DNA of 45,917 nucleotides from Chiloscyllium plagiosum (lineage: Eukaryota). Under the pieces are notes generated by a model that saw only the letters and a program-made list of their open reading frames with translations, was not told where the DNA came from and did no database searches. The position numbers were made by a program, and so were the translations under genes. Below are positions 23,680-34,880 of the stretch, in pieces (position 1 is the first letter of the stretch; every line of letters starts with the position of its first letter). The stretch lies in the NCBI RefSeq assembly GCF_004010195.1, contig NC_057754.1, forward strand, positions 9,624,445-9,670,361, given 5' to 3'.

Positions 23680-24655
23680 CAATTGGACATATTATGAATG
23701 GAAGGACCCTGGGAAGCACCAAGAATCAAGGAACATTGGGTGTGTGTGTACACTGGTCCCTTAAGGTATCAGGAAAGAGGATAAAATGGTTTAGAAGGCA
23801 TATGGTAGGTTTGCCTTTATTAGCTGAGGCATGGAGTTTAAGAGCAGGGAGGTTACGTTAGAACTGTATTAAGCATTAGTTCGGCCGCAGCTGGAGTATT
23901 GTGTACAATTCTGGACTCCACATTATAGAAGGGATGTAATAGGAGTGGAGAGGGTGCAGAGGAGATAGATTAGATTCCCTACTGTATGAAAACAGGCCCT
24001 TCAGCTCAACAAGACCACACCGGCCATCTGAAGAGTAACCCACCCAGACCAATTCCCCTACACTATATTTACCCCTGACCAACGCACCTAACACTGTAGG
24101 CAAATTAGCATGGTCAGTTCACCCGACCTGCACATCTTTGGACTGTGAGAGGAAACCGGAGCACCTGGAGGAAACCCACGCAGACACGGGGAGAATGTGC
24201 AAACTCCACCCAATGCGGGAATCGAACCCAGGTCCCTGGTGCTGTGAGGCAGCAGTGCTAACCGCTGAGCCACTGTACCACCCCAGGAGATTTGCCAGAA
24301 AGTTGCTTGGCTGGAGATTACGAGGACTGATTGGATGGACTGGGGTTGCTTTCCTCAGAGCAGAGAAAGGGGGCATGATTGAGGTGTCTAAATTGAGGGG
24401 AAGGACTAATTTTGTCCCCGTGATGGAGAAATCAATGACCATAAGGCATCGCTTTAAGGTAGGGGGTTAGAGGAGTTGTGAGGAAAAGATTTTTCACCCA
24501 GAGGGTGGTGAGAGTTTGAATTCACTGTCTGTAAGGGTGGTAGTGGCAGAAACTCTCATTACTTTTAAGAAATATTTAGATATGCACTTACAAGGCCAAG
24601 GCATATGAAGCTATGGGCCAAGACTGGAAATTAGGATTAGAATATAAAATTTAAA
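23680..24655 (+). mobile_element. Old CR1 3' region
   Basis: [22 protein letters not shown] and a degenerate 3'UTR. Confidence 0.8.
23967..24284 (-). mobile_element. HE1 SINE
   Basis: Full length; AGGAGAT at 23960-23966 and 24285-24291. Confidence 0.9.
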
Positions 24656-25107
24656 TAGAACATAGGATCAGGTCCCTCATGGTAGGCTCATCGAGAAGAT
24701 TAAGATGCACAGGATCCATGGTGACTTGGCCATTTGGATTCAGAGTTGGCTTGCCCATAGAAGACAGAGGGTCGTGGTGCAAGGGTTTTTTTTTGCTGGC
24801 TGGAGGTCCAAGGCTAGCGACGTTCTGCAGGGAACCGTCTGGGGACCTCTGCTGTTTGGGATTTACATCAATGAAAATGGAGATGGCTGGGGTTAGTAAG
24901 TTTGCAGATGACACAAAGATCGGCGGAGTTGTGGAAAGTGTATATGATTATCAAAGGATGTAGATGGGTTGCAGATATGGGTGGTAAAATGGAAGATAGA
25001 GTTTAATCTGGGCAACTGTGTGAGCTGTTGCATTTTGGGAGATCAAATGTTATGGGAAAGTATAAAGTTAATGGTAGGATCTTTAACAGCACTGATGTAC
25101 AGAGGGA

Positions 25108-25407
25108 TTAGATTAGTTACAGTGTGGAAACAGGCCCTTCGGCCCAACAAGTCCACACCGACCCACTGAAGCGCAACCCACCCAGACCCATTCCCCTGCA
25201 TTTACCCCTTCACCTAACACTACGGGCAGTTTAGCATGGCCAATTCACCTAACCTGCACATTTTGGACTGTGGGAGGAAACCGGAGCAAACCCACGCAGA
25301 CACGGGGAGAGTATGCAAACTCCACACAGTCAGTCGCCTGAGGCGGGAATTGAACCCGGGTCTCTGGTCCTGTGAGGCAGCAGTGCTAGCCACTGTGCCA
25401 CCGTGCC
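25108..25407 (-). mobile_element. HE1 SINE
   Basis: Near full length, young subfamily. Confidence 0.9.
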
Positions 25408-26179
25408 GGAACTTGGTGTCCTAGTCCATAGTTTCCTGAAAGTGGCCACACAAATAGATAGTGTTATGCAGATGTAAGGGGTACTGTACCTTTAAGAGAT
25501 TTAAAAGCTTGCAGAACTACCTGATACAGCACCATGTGTTCTGAACAAGGTAACAATGTAACATTTGGTCGAACAGTGAGAGTAGCTGGGTTGCTTGGAT
25601 ACAAAAAAAATTCAAATCAGCCAAGTTATGCCCAAAGATACTGAACTCCAATCAAGTTTGAATTTGATATGTTGACAATATTAAAATCAATGAAATGATC
25701 TGATGCTTTGGGTTATAAGACCAGGAAAGATTGATCGGTTGGGGAAGAACTGGCCACCAACATCTGCAGACTGCCTGCAGAATAGCTCTCTTAAAGGTAC
25801 CTTTATCTATCAACGACCTGGGAAACACAATCCCTAAGAAGAAGAAAAGAAGACAGAGGAAGATACAAAGAGAAGATTCAACAGCTGGCTGGTTTTGAAA
25901 TTTGAATTTTTTGGTAAATCTTAATTGGGGGTTTTATTGGACCAGTATTGTAGAAGGGAAAGCAAAAGTTAGAGAAAGGAGTTGTAAATAGTTGTTAGTT
26001 AATTATTCTCTGTTAGATTTTTTAAAAAAGTTGTCAATTTTTACTTTAAATAGTGACTTTTGGAATAGTTCTTTGCCTCTCAAAATTTAACAGATTACCT
26101 CACTGGGTATATCTTTTCCGAGTTGCTGGTTTAAATTAGTTGGGGGGGGGGGGCAGAGTTTACCCCATATTTTAACAGT

Positions 26180-26205
26180 TGGGGACTTTCACCTGAGATT
26201 TGAAC
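26180..26205 (+). promoter_or_regulatory. Primer-binding site, tRNA-Pro-like, degenerate
   Basis: TGGGGACTTTCACCTGAGATTTGAAC two bases after the LTR, versus tRNA-Pro complement TGGGGGCTCGTCCGGGATTTGAAC. Confidence 0.65.
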
Positions 26206-29200
26206 AGGTTTAGACAGATTTGAATAGATTTGGGCATATGAAAATGCACAGTAGATTTAAACCCTTGCAGGTTAGTGTCCTAGATCTTTAAATAATCAGC
26301 AAGTGAGGCAATTTGTTTAATTTTGGTGACTTGTATTGTTAAATTAAAAGTGAGAGAAATGGCTCTTAAAATTGATAAAGCGGTTCTTGGATTTGAAGAT
26401 GATTCTCAAATTTGCCAAGAAAGTTTAGAAGGAAAGAAAAAGGCCATAATTTTAGAATTAGGAAATAAATTAGATGTGGGTTTAACCAAGGACAAAAGTA
26501 ACGCTGCAATTGTAAGGGAATTACTCAAACATTTAGGTGTGTCAGAGAAACAGACAAGTGCAGTCGAGGGAGAAAACCATGAATTACAATTGAGAAAAAT
26601 GGAGTTAGAAGAAAAACAAAGAAAGAGAGAGGGAGAGAGAAAGAAAAAGAGAGAGAAGATAGAGAAAGAGGAAAAAGAGAGAAAGAAAGGAAAAAGACAG
26701 AGAGAAGGTTCTTAGCTGAGCAAAGAGAGAGAGAGAAGAAAGGGAGAAAGAGAAAGAGTTTGAACTTGAGAAGTTGCAACTTAGTCAGCAAAGTCAAGTT
26801 AACAGAATGGAGATTAAAAGAGAAGGTAGTGATATATATAAATATGTAAAAACTCTGCCACATTTTGAGGAGAAAGATGTTGAAGCCTTTTTTATTTCAT
26901 TTGAAAAATTGGCTAACAGATGGAGTGGTCCAAGAATTTATGGGTAACACTAGTTCAGACTAAATTGGTGGGCAGAGCTAGTGAGGTATTTGCCATGCTG
27001 TCAGATGAGGGGTCAAGAGATTATGAAGAGGTTAAACAAGCTATATTAAGTGCTTATGAATTGGTACCAGGTGCATATAGACATCGGTTCAGAACACAAA
27101 GAAGGGACCAGGTCAGATGTATGATGAGTTTGAAAGAATTAAACTTTGTCATTTTGACAGATAGGTGCATGCTTTAAAGATAAACAGTACCTTCGAGGCT
27201 CTAAGAGAGATTATTCTGCTGGAAGAGTTTAAAAACTCACTTCCAGAGATGGTAAGAATTCATGTGGTGGAACAGAAAGTTCAGGGAAATGAAAAGGGCA
27301 GCAGAATTAGCAGATGAGTACATGTTGGTGCATAAGACAAGCTTCAGACCAGAATTCTGTCCTGTGAGGAATAGAAATTGGGAGAAAGGGAGATCCTACA
27401 CTATGAAACCAAAAGTAGGGAACATCGATAAGAATTTACCAGAATTTTTTTTAAAAGCCCAAGAGAGGAAAGGAGGTGAAAGGCCTCAGGTGTTTCCACT
27501 GTGTTAAAGTGGGACACGCAAAGTCACAGTGCTGGTCATTTAAGAAAGACACAGTGGGAAAAGATGTGCTAAAAGAAGCTAAGCTAGTGGTATTAGTGAA
27601 GGTAGTAAAGGAGACCCCAAGAAGAGCTGAGGAGCTGCAGGACATTGCACAGCCTAGGCAGGGGCTGGGTATGGAGTTAGTACCTGATCTCGACAAAGAA
27701 TTCGCCTCTGTGGGTAAAGTTTACTCAGAAAGAACAGGGGGAGAAGGACAAGAAGTTACAATTTTTAGAGATACAAGATCTAACCAGTCGCTAATAGAGA
27801 TGAACGAATATGCACTCTTCCTGATCTGTTACCCAAGGGCGTGGTAATTCGTGGGATAGATGGACAACAATTTAGCGTTCCCCTATGTAAGATCAGGTTA
27901 GAGTGCCAACTCAAGACTGGGAAAGTTACAGTAGGAGTGATTGGCAGAGTGTCAGTTTCAGGAATTTAGTTTGTTCTCAGGAATGGTTTGGCAGGATCCA
28001 AGGTGGGAGTGACACCCCTTGTTGTGGAGGTGCCTAAGGAAGACCAGGGAACTGAAATATCCTGGTATTTTCCCAGACCGTGTGGTAACCAGATCCCACT
28101 ATCATTAGTCACAGCACGAAGCAGAAACTAAAGAGAAAGATGGAAGTGTCGAGGTTCAGTTAATGGACACTCTGTTTGATGTAATGGTGCAAGAAAAACT
28201 TGAACGGGCAGAGGGTGAGACAAAAGTGTTTAGTCCTGAAAGGCTGAGGGCCTTGCAATAGCAAGAGAAGACGTACTCCGAAAAGGAATATTCTGGAGGG
28301 TTATTATCTGAAAGATAGCATCCTAAGATGGAAATGGAGACCATGGCAGGTTAGTGCAGAGGAGAACTGGGCTGATGTGCACCAGATTGTGTTGCCGGTA
28401 GCATACAGACTGGAAGTGTTCTGGGTAGCACATGAGCTACCTGTAGGAGGTCACCTAGGGGTATGAAAGACTCTGGTTAAAGTACAAAAAACATTTTTAT
28501 TGGCCTGGAATGCACAAGGATGTGGTTAACTTCAACCGTTTGTGTCATACATGTCAAATGGTAGGTAAGCCACAGGCAGTAATAAAACCAGCCCCTTTGT
28601 TGCTAATTCCCAAAGTTGAAGAACCTTTCATGTGGGTTATAATAGATTGTTTAGGTCCCCTCCCGAGAATTAAAAGGGGGAACCAGTACTTGTTAACCAT
28701 AATGGACGTGTCTAACAGATTTCCGGAGGCAATTCCATTACAGAGAATCAAGGCAAAAGGGTAGTAGAGGTGTTAATAGCTTTCTTCACACGATATGGGT
28801 TACCCAGAGAGATTCAGTCAGACCAAGGGTCAAATTTTACCACTAGGCTGTTTAAGGCGGTTATGGATAGCTTAGGTATATACAGCACTTTAAATCCAGT
28901 GCGTATCATCCTGAATCCCAGGGAGCTTTAGAAAGGTGGCACCAGACCTTGAAGACCGTGTTGAGAGCATACTGTCAGGATTACCCGAATGATTAGGATA
29001 AAGGGATCTCATTTGTATTGTTTGCCATTAGAGATGCCCCAAACGAATCTACTGAGTTCACTATGTTCGAGCTAATATTCGGTCATGAAGTGAGAGGCAC
29101 TTTAAAATTAAAGAAAAATTGACAGGACCAAAGTCGGAGAACTCAACCTTAGATTATTTATCAGAGATGAGTGAGAGATTAAACAGAGTAGGTGAGATGG

Positions 29201-29753
29201 CTAAACAGCATCTCAAGAGGGCACAGTGTAAAATGAAGCAGGTGGCAGATAAAAGCTCTGACACTCTGACATTTTCCCGATGGGATAACATGTTAGTACT
29301 GTTACCAGTGATAGGAGATCCCTTCAAAGCCAGGTTTAGTGGTCCCTATCAAATTGTAAAGAAGTATCACATGCTACAGTTTGCAGAGCTCTTTGAACGA
29401 TTGCAAGAAGCAAAACTGGTGATCAACTTAAGTAAAACTGAATTTGTGAAAGCAGAGGTGACGTTCTTGGGACATGGAAGGTTGACTCCATAGAATGCAA
29501 AGATGAAGGCTATCAAGGAATTTCCATGACCAACCTCGAAGAAAGAGATGCTTCGATTCTTAGGACACAGCGGATTCTAACGGAAGCTTTTTCCAAACTT
29601 CAGCAGTGTAGTGGCACCGTCAATCGATTTGCTGAAGAAGAACACAAAGTTTCGGTGGACAGAACAATGCCAGGAGGCATTCGACCATTTGAAAGCAATG
29701 TTAACCACCAAACCAGTTTTAGCTCCATCGAACTTTTCAACACTTTTTAAAGT

Positions 29754-29946
29754 TCAAAGTTTGTGCGAAGATTTGTAGCTCGGGTGCTCGTTGTTGTGGT
29801 TCTGTTCGCCGAGCTGGGAATTTCTGGTGCAGACGTTTCGTCCCCTGTCTAGGTGACATCCTCAAGGCTCCCAAGCACTGAGGATGTCACCTAGACAGGG
29901 AACGAAACGTCTGCACCAGAAATTCCAAGCTCGGCGAACAGAACCA
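29754..29946. mobile_element. Penelope-like family C fold-back insertion inside Gmr1 pol
   Basis: 73-bp inverted arms 29792-29864 and 29879-29951 (2 mismatches); CAACACTTTTTAAAGT at 29738-29753 and 29947-29962. Confidence 0.85.
29875..29914 (+). ncRNA. Minimal hammerhead ribozyme motif, family C
   Basis: GCA-CTGAGGA-T-GTCACCT-AGAC-AGGGAAC-GAAA-CG-TC-TGC; stem I GCA/TGC; one stem II mismatch relative to the inverted arm (GGAC). Confidence 0.65.
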
Positions 29947-31374
29947 CAACACTTTTTAAAGTCGCCATTGATACTAGTGACATAGGAGTTGGAGCTGTAC
30001 TGCTACAGGAAGATGAGGATGGGATTGAACTGCCAGTTGGTTACTTTTCAAAGAAACCTGCAACATCCAGCAGAGGAAATACTCCACAATCAAAAAAGAA
30101 CTATTGAGTTTGTTACTGGCCTTACAACATTTTAATGTGTCTGTCACAAACAATGTGTCGGAGACAGTTGTGTACACGGATCACAATCCTCTTACATTCT
30201 TGGAATGCTTTACAGACAAGATTATGAGACTATTTCATTGGAGTCTTGTGTTACAGACTTTTAATTTAAAAATTGTATATGTTACAAGTCTTAAGAATAT
30301 AATCACAATTGCGTTATTGTGAATTTAACTGATAAAGTATCGATAAGATGCATCCATCCAATATGTTTTTTGTATAGGAAGAAGTTAAGAACTGAGATTA
30401 TCACACAAATCTTTTCTGTGTTGCTGTTTTAAATTAGTGTGGGGGAGTTTACTCCGTGTCGTAACAATAGGGTGGTAAAGAAAGCATATGGCATGTTTGC
30501 CTTTATTGGTCAGAGTATTGAGTCGGGAAGTTATGATGCAGCTTTATAAAACTTTGGTTAGGCTGTACTTAAGAGTATTGCATTCAATTCTGGTTGCCAC
30601 ATAACAGAAAGGCTGTGGAGGTTTTGGAGAGGGTGCAGAAGAGGTTTACCAGGATGCTGCCTGGATTAGAGGGGATGAGCTATAAAGAGAGGCGGGACAA
30701 ACTATGGTTGTTTTCTGCGGAGTGACAAAGGCTGAGGGGAGACTGATAGAAGTTTATCAAATTATGAGAGGCGGAGATAGAGTTGATGCTCAGAATCTTT
30801 TTCCCAGAGTTGAAATGTCTAATACTAGAGGGCATGTTTTTAAGGTGAGGGGGGAAAGATCAAAGGAGATGTGAGGGGCAAGTCATTTTACACAGTGGTC
30901 AGTGCCTGGAATATGCTGCCAAGGGCAGTGGTGTAGTCCGATATGATAGGGACGTTTAAGCCGCTTTTAGATGAGCAAATGAAAATGCAAGGGATGGAGG
31001 GATATGGAGCACGGGCAGGCATAAGGGATTGGTTTAATTTGGCATTGTGGGCTGAAGGGCCCGTTTCTGTGCTTAACTGTTCTGTGCTAATAGCTAGCTG
31101 GTTGTTTTTAACTGATGGGCCAAAGGATGTTTTCCAGTGCTGTAGATCTCTAAGACTCCATGTGGATTTTAAAAAAATATCTTTTGAAAGCATTAAATTG
31201 AAATCTACCTCATAATTTTGTTTTATTATTTTCAAAAATAATATCAGAGACTCTGTTTGCACGTTACAAAAAAAAATCATGATCGAATCATCAAACCTAA
31301 CTGTTATGTCAATGACTGGGCTCTTTCTCAGCATTGACAATGAACAAGACTGTATCCCAGTCTCAATGCAGGTG

Positions 31375-31680
31375 ATCATGCGCAGTTCGCTCCTTGATCG
31401 GAGCATGCGCATTGTAACGGTAGGCTACTGCAAGGGTCCGTGACCGGCGAGAAAGTTGCAAACCGCGGGAGGGTGATAAAGGAGGTGGACAGAGCGAGGA
31501 GGCTTCCCAAACACAGGCCGAAGTCTGGGACCCCGGGCCGGATGCTCCTGATTCGGAATTGGCAAAGAACTGGACGGACGTGACGGGGGCTACACCTCGG
31601 CGACAGGTTCGGGGGTCGCCGCCATTTTGTAGGAGCAGCAGGGCGCATGCGTGGGAATCCTGGCTGGCTGCCTGGGGGGG
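31375..31680. promoter_or_regulatory. CpG-island promoter
   Basis: CpG-dense and not matching the repeats recognised here; NRF1-like CATGCGCA at 31377 and 31404, GCGCATGCG 31643-31651; YY1 motif GCCGCCATTTTG 31618-31629. Confidence 0.75.
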
Positions 31681-31891
31681 AAGTGAATGTTAAACATCCC
31701 TCAACAGCAGCTTACAGTCCAACAGGTTTAACTGCAAGTTCAAGGTTTCTGAGCTCTGCTCCTTCGTCAGGTAGCTAGTGGGGCAGGATCATAGCACACA
31801 GGATTGAAAGCAAAAGTTCAAAGTGTCACACAACTGATGCAATGTATTGAACAAATCTAGATTGCTGTTAAAGTCTTTCATCCTTTAGAAT

Positions 31892-32251
31892 TAAAAATTG
31901 CCCAACACCAGGTTATAGTCCCAACAGGTTTACTTGGAAGCACTAGCTTTCAGAGCGCTTCTCCTTCATCAGGCGGTGTGGAGGTTAAAATCATGCTCAC
32001 AGAACTTATAGCCAAAGAGTCCAGTGTCAGGGAGATGCGATACAGTAAACAATCTTAGATTAAAACTTTCATTTTTTATCACATCTTCATGACAATGGAC
32101 TCCTTTGGCTATAACTTTGGTGAACATGATCTTACTGATGACGGAGCGGAGTTCCGAAAGCTAGTGATTCCAAGTAAACCTGTTGCACTATAACCTCGTG
32201 TTGTGTGATTTTTAACTTTGTCCACCCCAATCCAACGCTGGCACTTCCACA
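31892..32251. mobile_element. Penelope-like family B fold-back (inner copy)
   Basis: Minus arm from 31892 to ~32075; plus arm ~32105-32251 with CTGATGA-C-GGAGC-GGA-GTTCC-GAAA-GC-TA-GTG at 32135-32166. Confidence 0.75.
31941..31975 (-). ncRNA. Minimal hammerhead ribozyme motif, family B, core intact
   Basis: Minus strand CGC-CTGATGA-A-GGAG-AAGCG-CTCT-GAAA-GC-TA-GTG; stems I and II pair with G-U wobbles. Confidence 0.7.
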
Positions 32252-34880
32252 TAGAGTCACAGAGATGTACAGCATGGAGACAGACTCTTCGGTCCAGCCC
32301 GTCCATGCTGACCAGATATCCCAACCCAATCTAGTCCCACCTGCCAGCACCCGGCCCATATCCCTCCAAACCCTTCCTATTCATACACCCACCCAAATGC
32401 CTCTTAAATGTTGCAATTGTACCAGCCTCCACCATTTCCTCTGGTAGCTCATTCCATACATGTACCACCCTCTGTGTGAAAAAGTTGCCCCGTAGGTCTC
32501 TTTTATATCTTTCTCCTCTCACCCTAAACCTATGACCTCTAGTTCTGGACTCTCTGACCCCAGGGAAAAGAATTTGCCTATTTACCCTATCCATGCCCCT
32601 CATAATTTTGTAAGCCTCTATAAGGTCACCCCTCAGCCTCCGNNNNNNNNNNNNNNNNNNNNNNNNNNNNNNNNNNNNNNNNNNNNNNNNNNNNNNNNNN
32701 NNNNNNNNNNNNNNNNNNNNNNNNNNNNNNNNNNNNNNNNNNNNNNNNNNNNNNNNNNNNNNNNNNNNNNNNNNNNNNNNNNNNNNNNNNNNNNNNNNNN
32801 NNNNNNNNNNNNNNNNNNNNNNNNNNNNNNNNNNNNNNNNNNNNNNNNNNNNNNNNNNNNNNNNNNNNNNNNNNNNNNNNNNNNNNNNNNNNNNNNNNNN
32901 NNNNNNNNNNNNNNNNNNNNNNNNNNNNNNNNNNNNNNNNNNNNNNNNNNNNNNNNNNNNNNNNNNNNNNNNNNNNNNNNNNNNNNNNNNNNNNNNNNNN
33001 NNNNNNNNNNNNNNNNNNNNNNNNNNNNNNNNNNNNNNNNNNNNNNNNNNNNNNNNNNNNNNNNNNNNNNNNNNNNNNNNNNNNNNNNNNNNNNNNNNNN
33101 NNNNNNNNNNNNNNNNNNACAACCCTCCACCACCACCCTCTGTCTTCTACCTTTGAGCCAGTTCTGTATCCAAATGGCTAGTTCTCCCTGTATTCCATGA
33201 GATCTAACCTTGCTAATCAATCTCCCATGGGGAATCTTGTTGAATGCCTTACTGAAGTCCACATAGATCACATCTGCTGCTCTGCCCTCATCAATCCTTT
33301 TTGTTACTTCCTCAAAAAACTCAATCAAGTTTGTGAGACATAATTTCCCACGCCCAAAGCCATGTTGACTATCCCTAATCAGTCCTTTCCTATCCAAATA
33401 CATGTACATCCTGTCCCTCAGGATTCCCTCCAACAACTTGCCCATCACCGACGTCAGGCTCACTGGTTTATAATTCCCTGGCTTGTCGTTACCGCCTTTC
33501 TTTAACAGTGGCAACCTTCAGTCTTCTGGTACCTCACCTGTGACTATCGATGATACAAATATCTCAGCAGGAGGCCCAGTAATCACTTCTCTAGCTTCCC
33601 ACAGAGTTCTAGGGTACACCTGATCAGGTCCTGGGGATTTATCCACCTTTACCCGTTTCAAGATATCCAGCACTTCCTCCTCTGTAATATGGACATTTTG
33701 CAAGACGTCACCATCTATTTCCCTACAGTCTATATCTTCCATATCCTTTTTCACATTAAATGAGTATTTTGCATCAGTATTTAGTATCTCCCCCATTTTC
33801 TGCGGCTCCACACAAAGGCCGCCTTGCTGATCTTTGAGGGGCCCTATTTTCTCCCTAGTTACCCTTTTGTTCTTTGTGTATTTGTAAAAATTCTTTGGAT
33901 TCTCCTTAATTCTATTTGCCAAAGCTATCTCATGTCTATTTGCCAAAGCTATGCTTCCTTCTTTTTGTTAACCAAACCTTCAATTTCTTTAGTCATCCAG
34001 CATTCCCTATACCTTTCACCCTAACAGGGATTTACTTTCTCTGGATTCTCATTGTCTTATTTCTGAAGGCTTTCCTTTTTCCAGCCGTCCCTTTACCTGT
34101 GAACATCTGCCCCCAATCGGCTTTCAAAAGTTCTTGTATACCTACCAGCCTTTCCTTTCACCCTACCAGGAATTTACTTTCTCTGGATTCTCATTATCTC
34201 ATTTCTGAAGGCTTCCCTTTTTCCAGCCGTCCCTTTACCTGTGAACATCTGCCCCCAATTGGCTTTCAAAAATTCTTGCCTAATACCATCAAAATTGGCC
34301 TTTCTCCAATTTAGAACTTCAACTTTTAGATCTGGTCTATCCTGTTCCATCATTATTTTAAATCTAATAGAATTATGGTCGCTGGCCCCAAAGTGCTCCC
34401 CCACTGACACCTCAGGCACCTGCCCTGCCTTATTTCCCAAGAGTAGGTCAAGTTTTGCAACTTCTCTAGTAGGTACATCCACATACTGAATCAGAAAATT
34501 TTCTTGTACACACTTAGCAAATTCCTCTTCATCTAAACCCTTTCTATGTTTGGAAAGTTAAAATCCCCTACCATAACCACCCTATTATTCTTACAGATAG
34601 CTGAGATCTCCTTACAAGTTTGTTTCTCAATTTCCCTCTGACTATTAGGGGGTCTATAATACAAACCCAATAAGGTTGTCATCCCTTTCTCAGTTCCAAC
34701 CAAATAGCTTCCCTGGATGTATTTCCAGGAATATCCTCCCTCAGCACAGCTGTAATGCTATCCCTTATCAAAAATGCCACTCCCCCTCCTCTTTTGCCTC
34801 CCTTTCTATCCTTCCTGTAGCATTTGTATCCTGGAACATTAAGCTGCCAGTCCTGTCAGTCCTTGAGCCATGTTGCTGTA
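32252..34880 (-). mobile_element. CR1 LINE, most of ORF2 (endonuclease to 3' tail), spanning a gap
   Basis: LDLLLGN..GASDHNSI, GNYKPVSLTS, VDFSKAFNKIPH, RRLRGDLIEAYKIMRG; tail at 32252. Confidence 0.95.
32643..33118. other. Assembly gap
   Basis: Run of N inside the CR1 RT region. Confidence 1.

Larger units (their letters stand above)
25462..30466 (+). mobile_element. Gmr1-lineage Gypsy LTR retrotransposon, decayed (gag-PR-IN-RT-RH)
   Basis: TG..CA termini, 4-bp TSD ATAG (25458-25461, 30467-30470); 5' LTR 25462-26177; gag from ATG 26359; knuckle CFHCVKVGHAKSQC; protease FRDTRS; integrase IIDCLGPLP/SDQGSNF/YHPESQGALERWH; RT tail VTFLGH; RNase H DTSDIGVGAVLLQ/YTDHNPL; only 30409-30466 of the 3' LTR remains. 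Confidence 0.95.
24665..31085 (+). mobile_element. CR1 RT region and 3' end, host to an HE1 and a Gmr1 insertion
   Basis: WIQSWLAHRRQRVV, SKFADDTKIGGVV; sequence rejoins across 25461/30471 as QIDRVVKKAYGMFAFI. Confidence 0.9.

Noticed and set aside
30888..31412. 174-aa minus-strand ORF starting in the CpG island
   Set aside because: Runs through AT-rich sequence into an antisense CR1 tail; no domain recognised.
32331..33514. 222-293 aa ORFs spanning the second N run
   Set aside because: Length is inflated by the gap; the real parts are CR1 ORF2 or its antisense.
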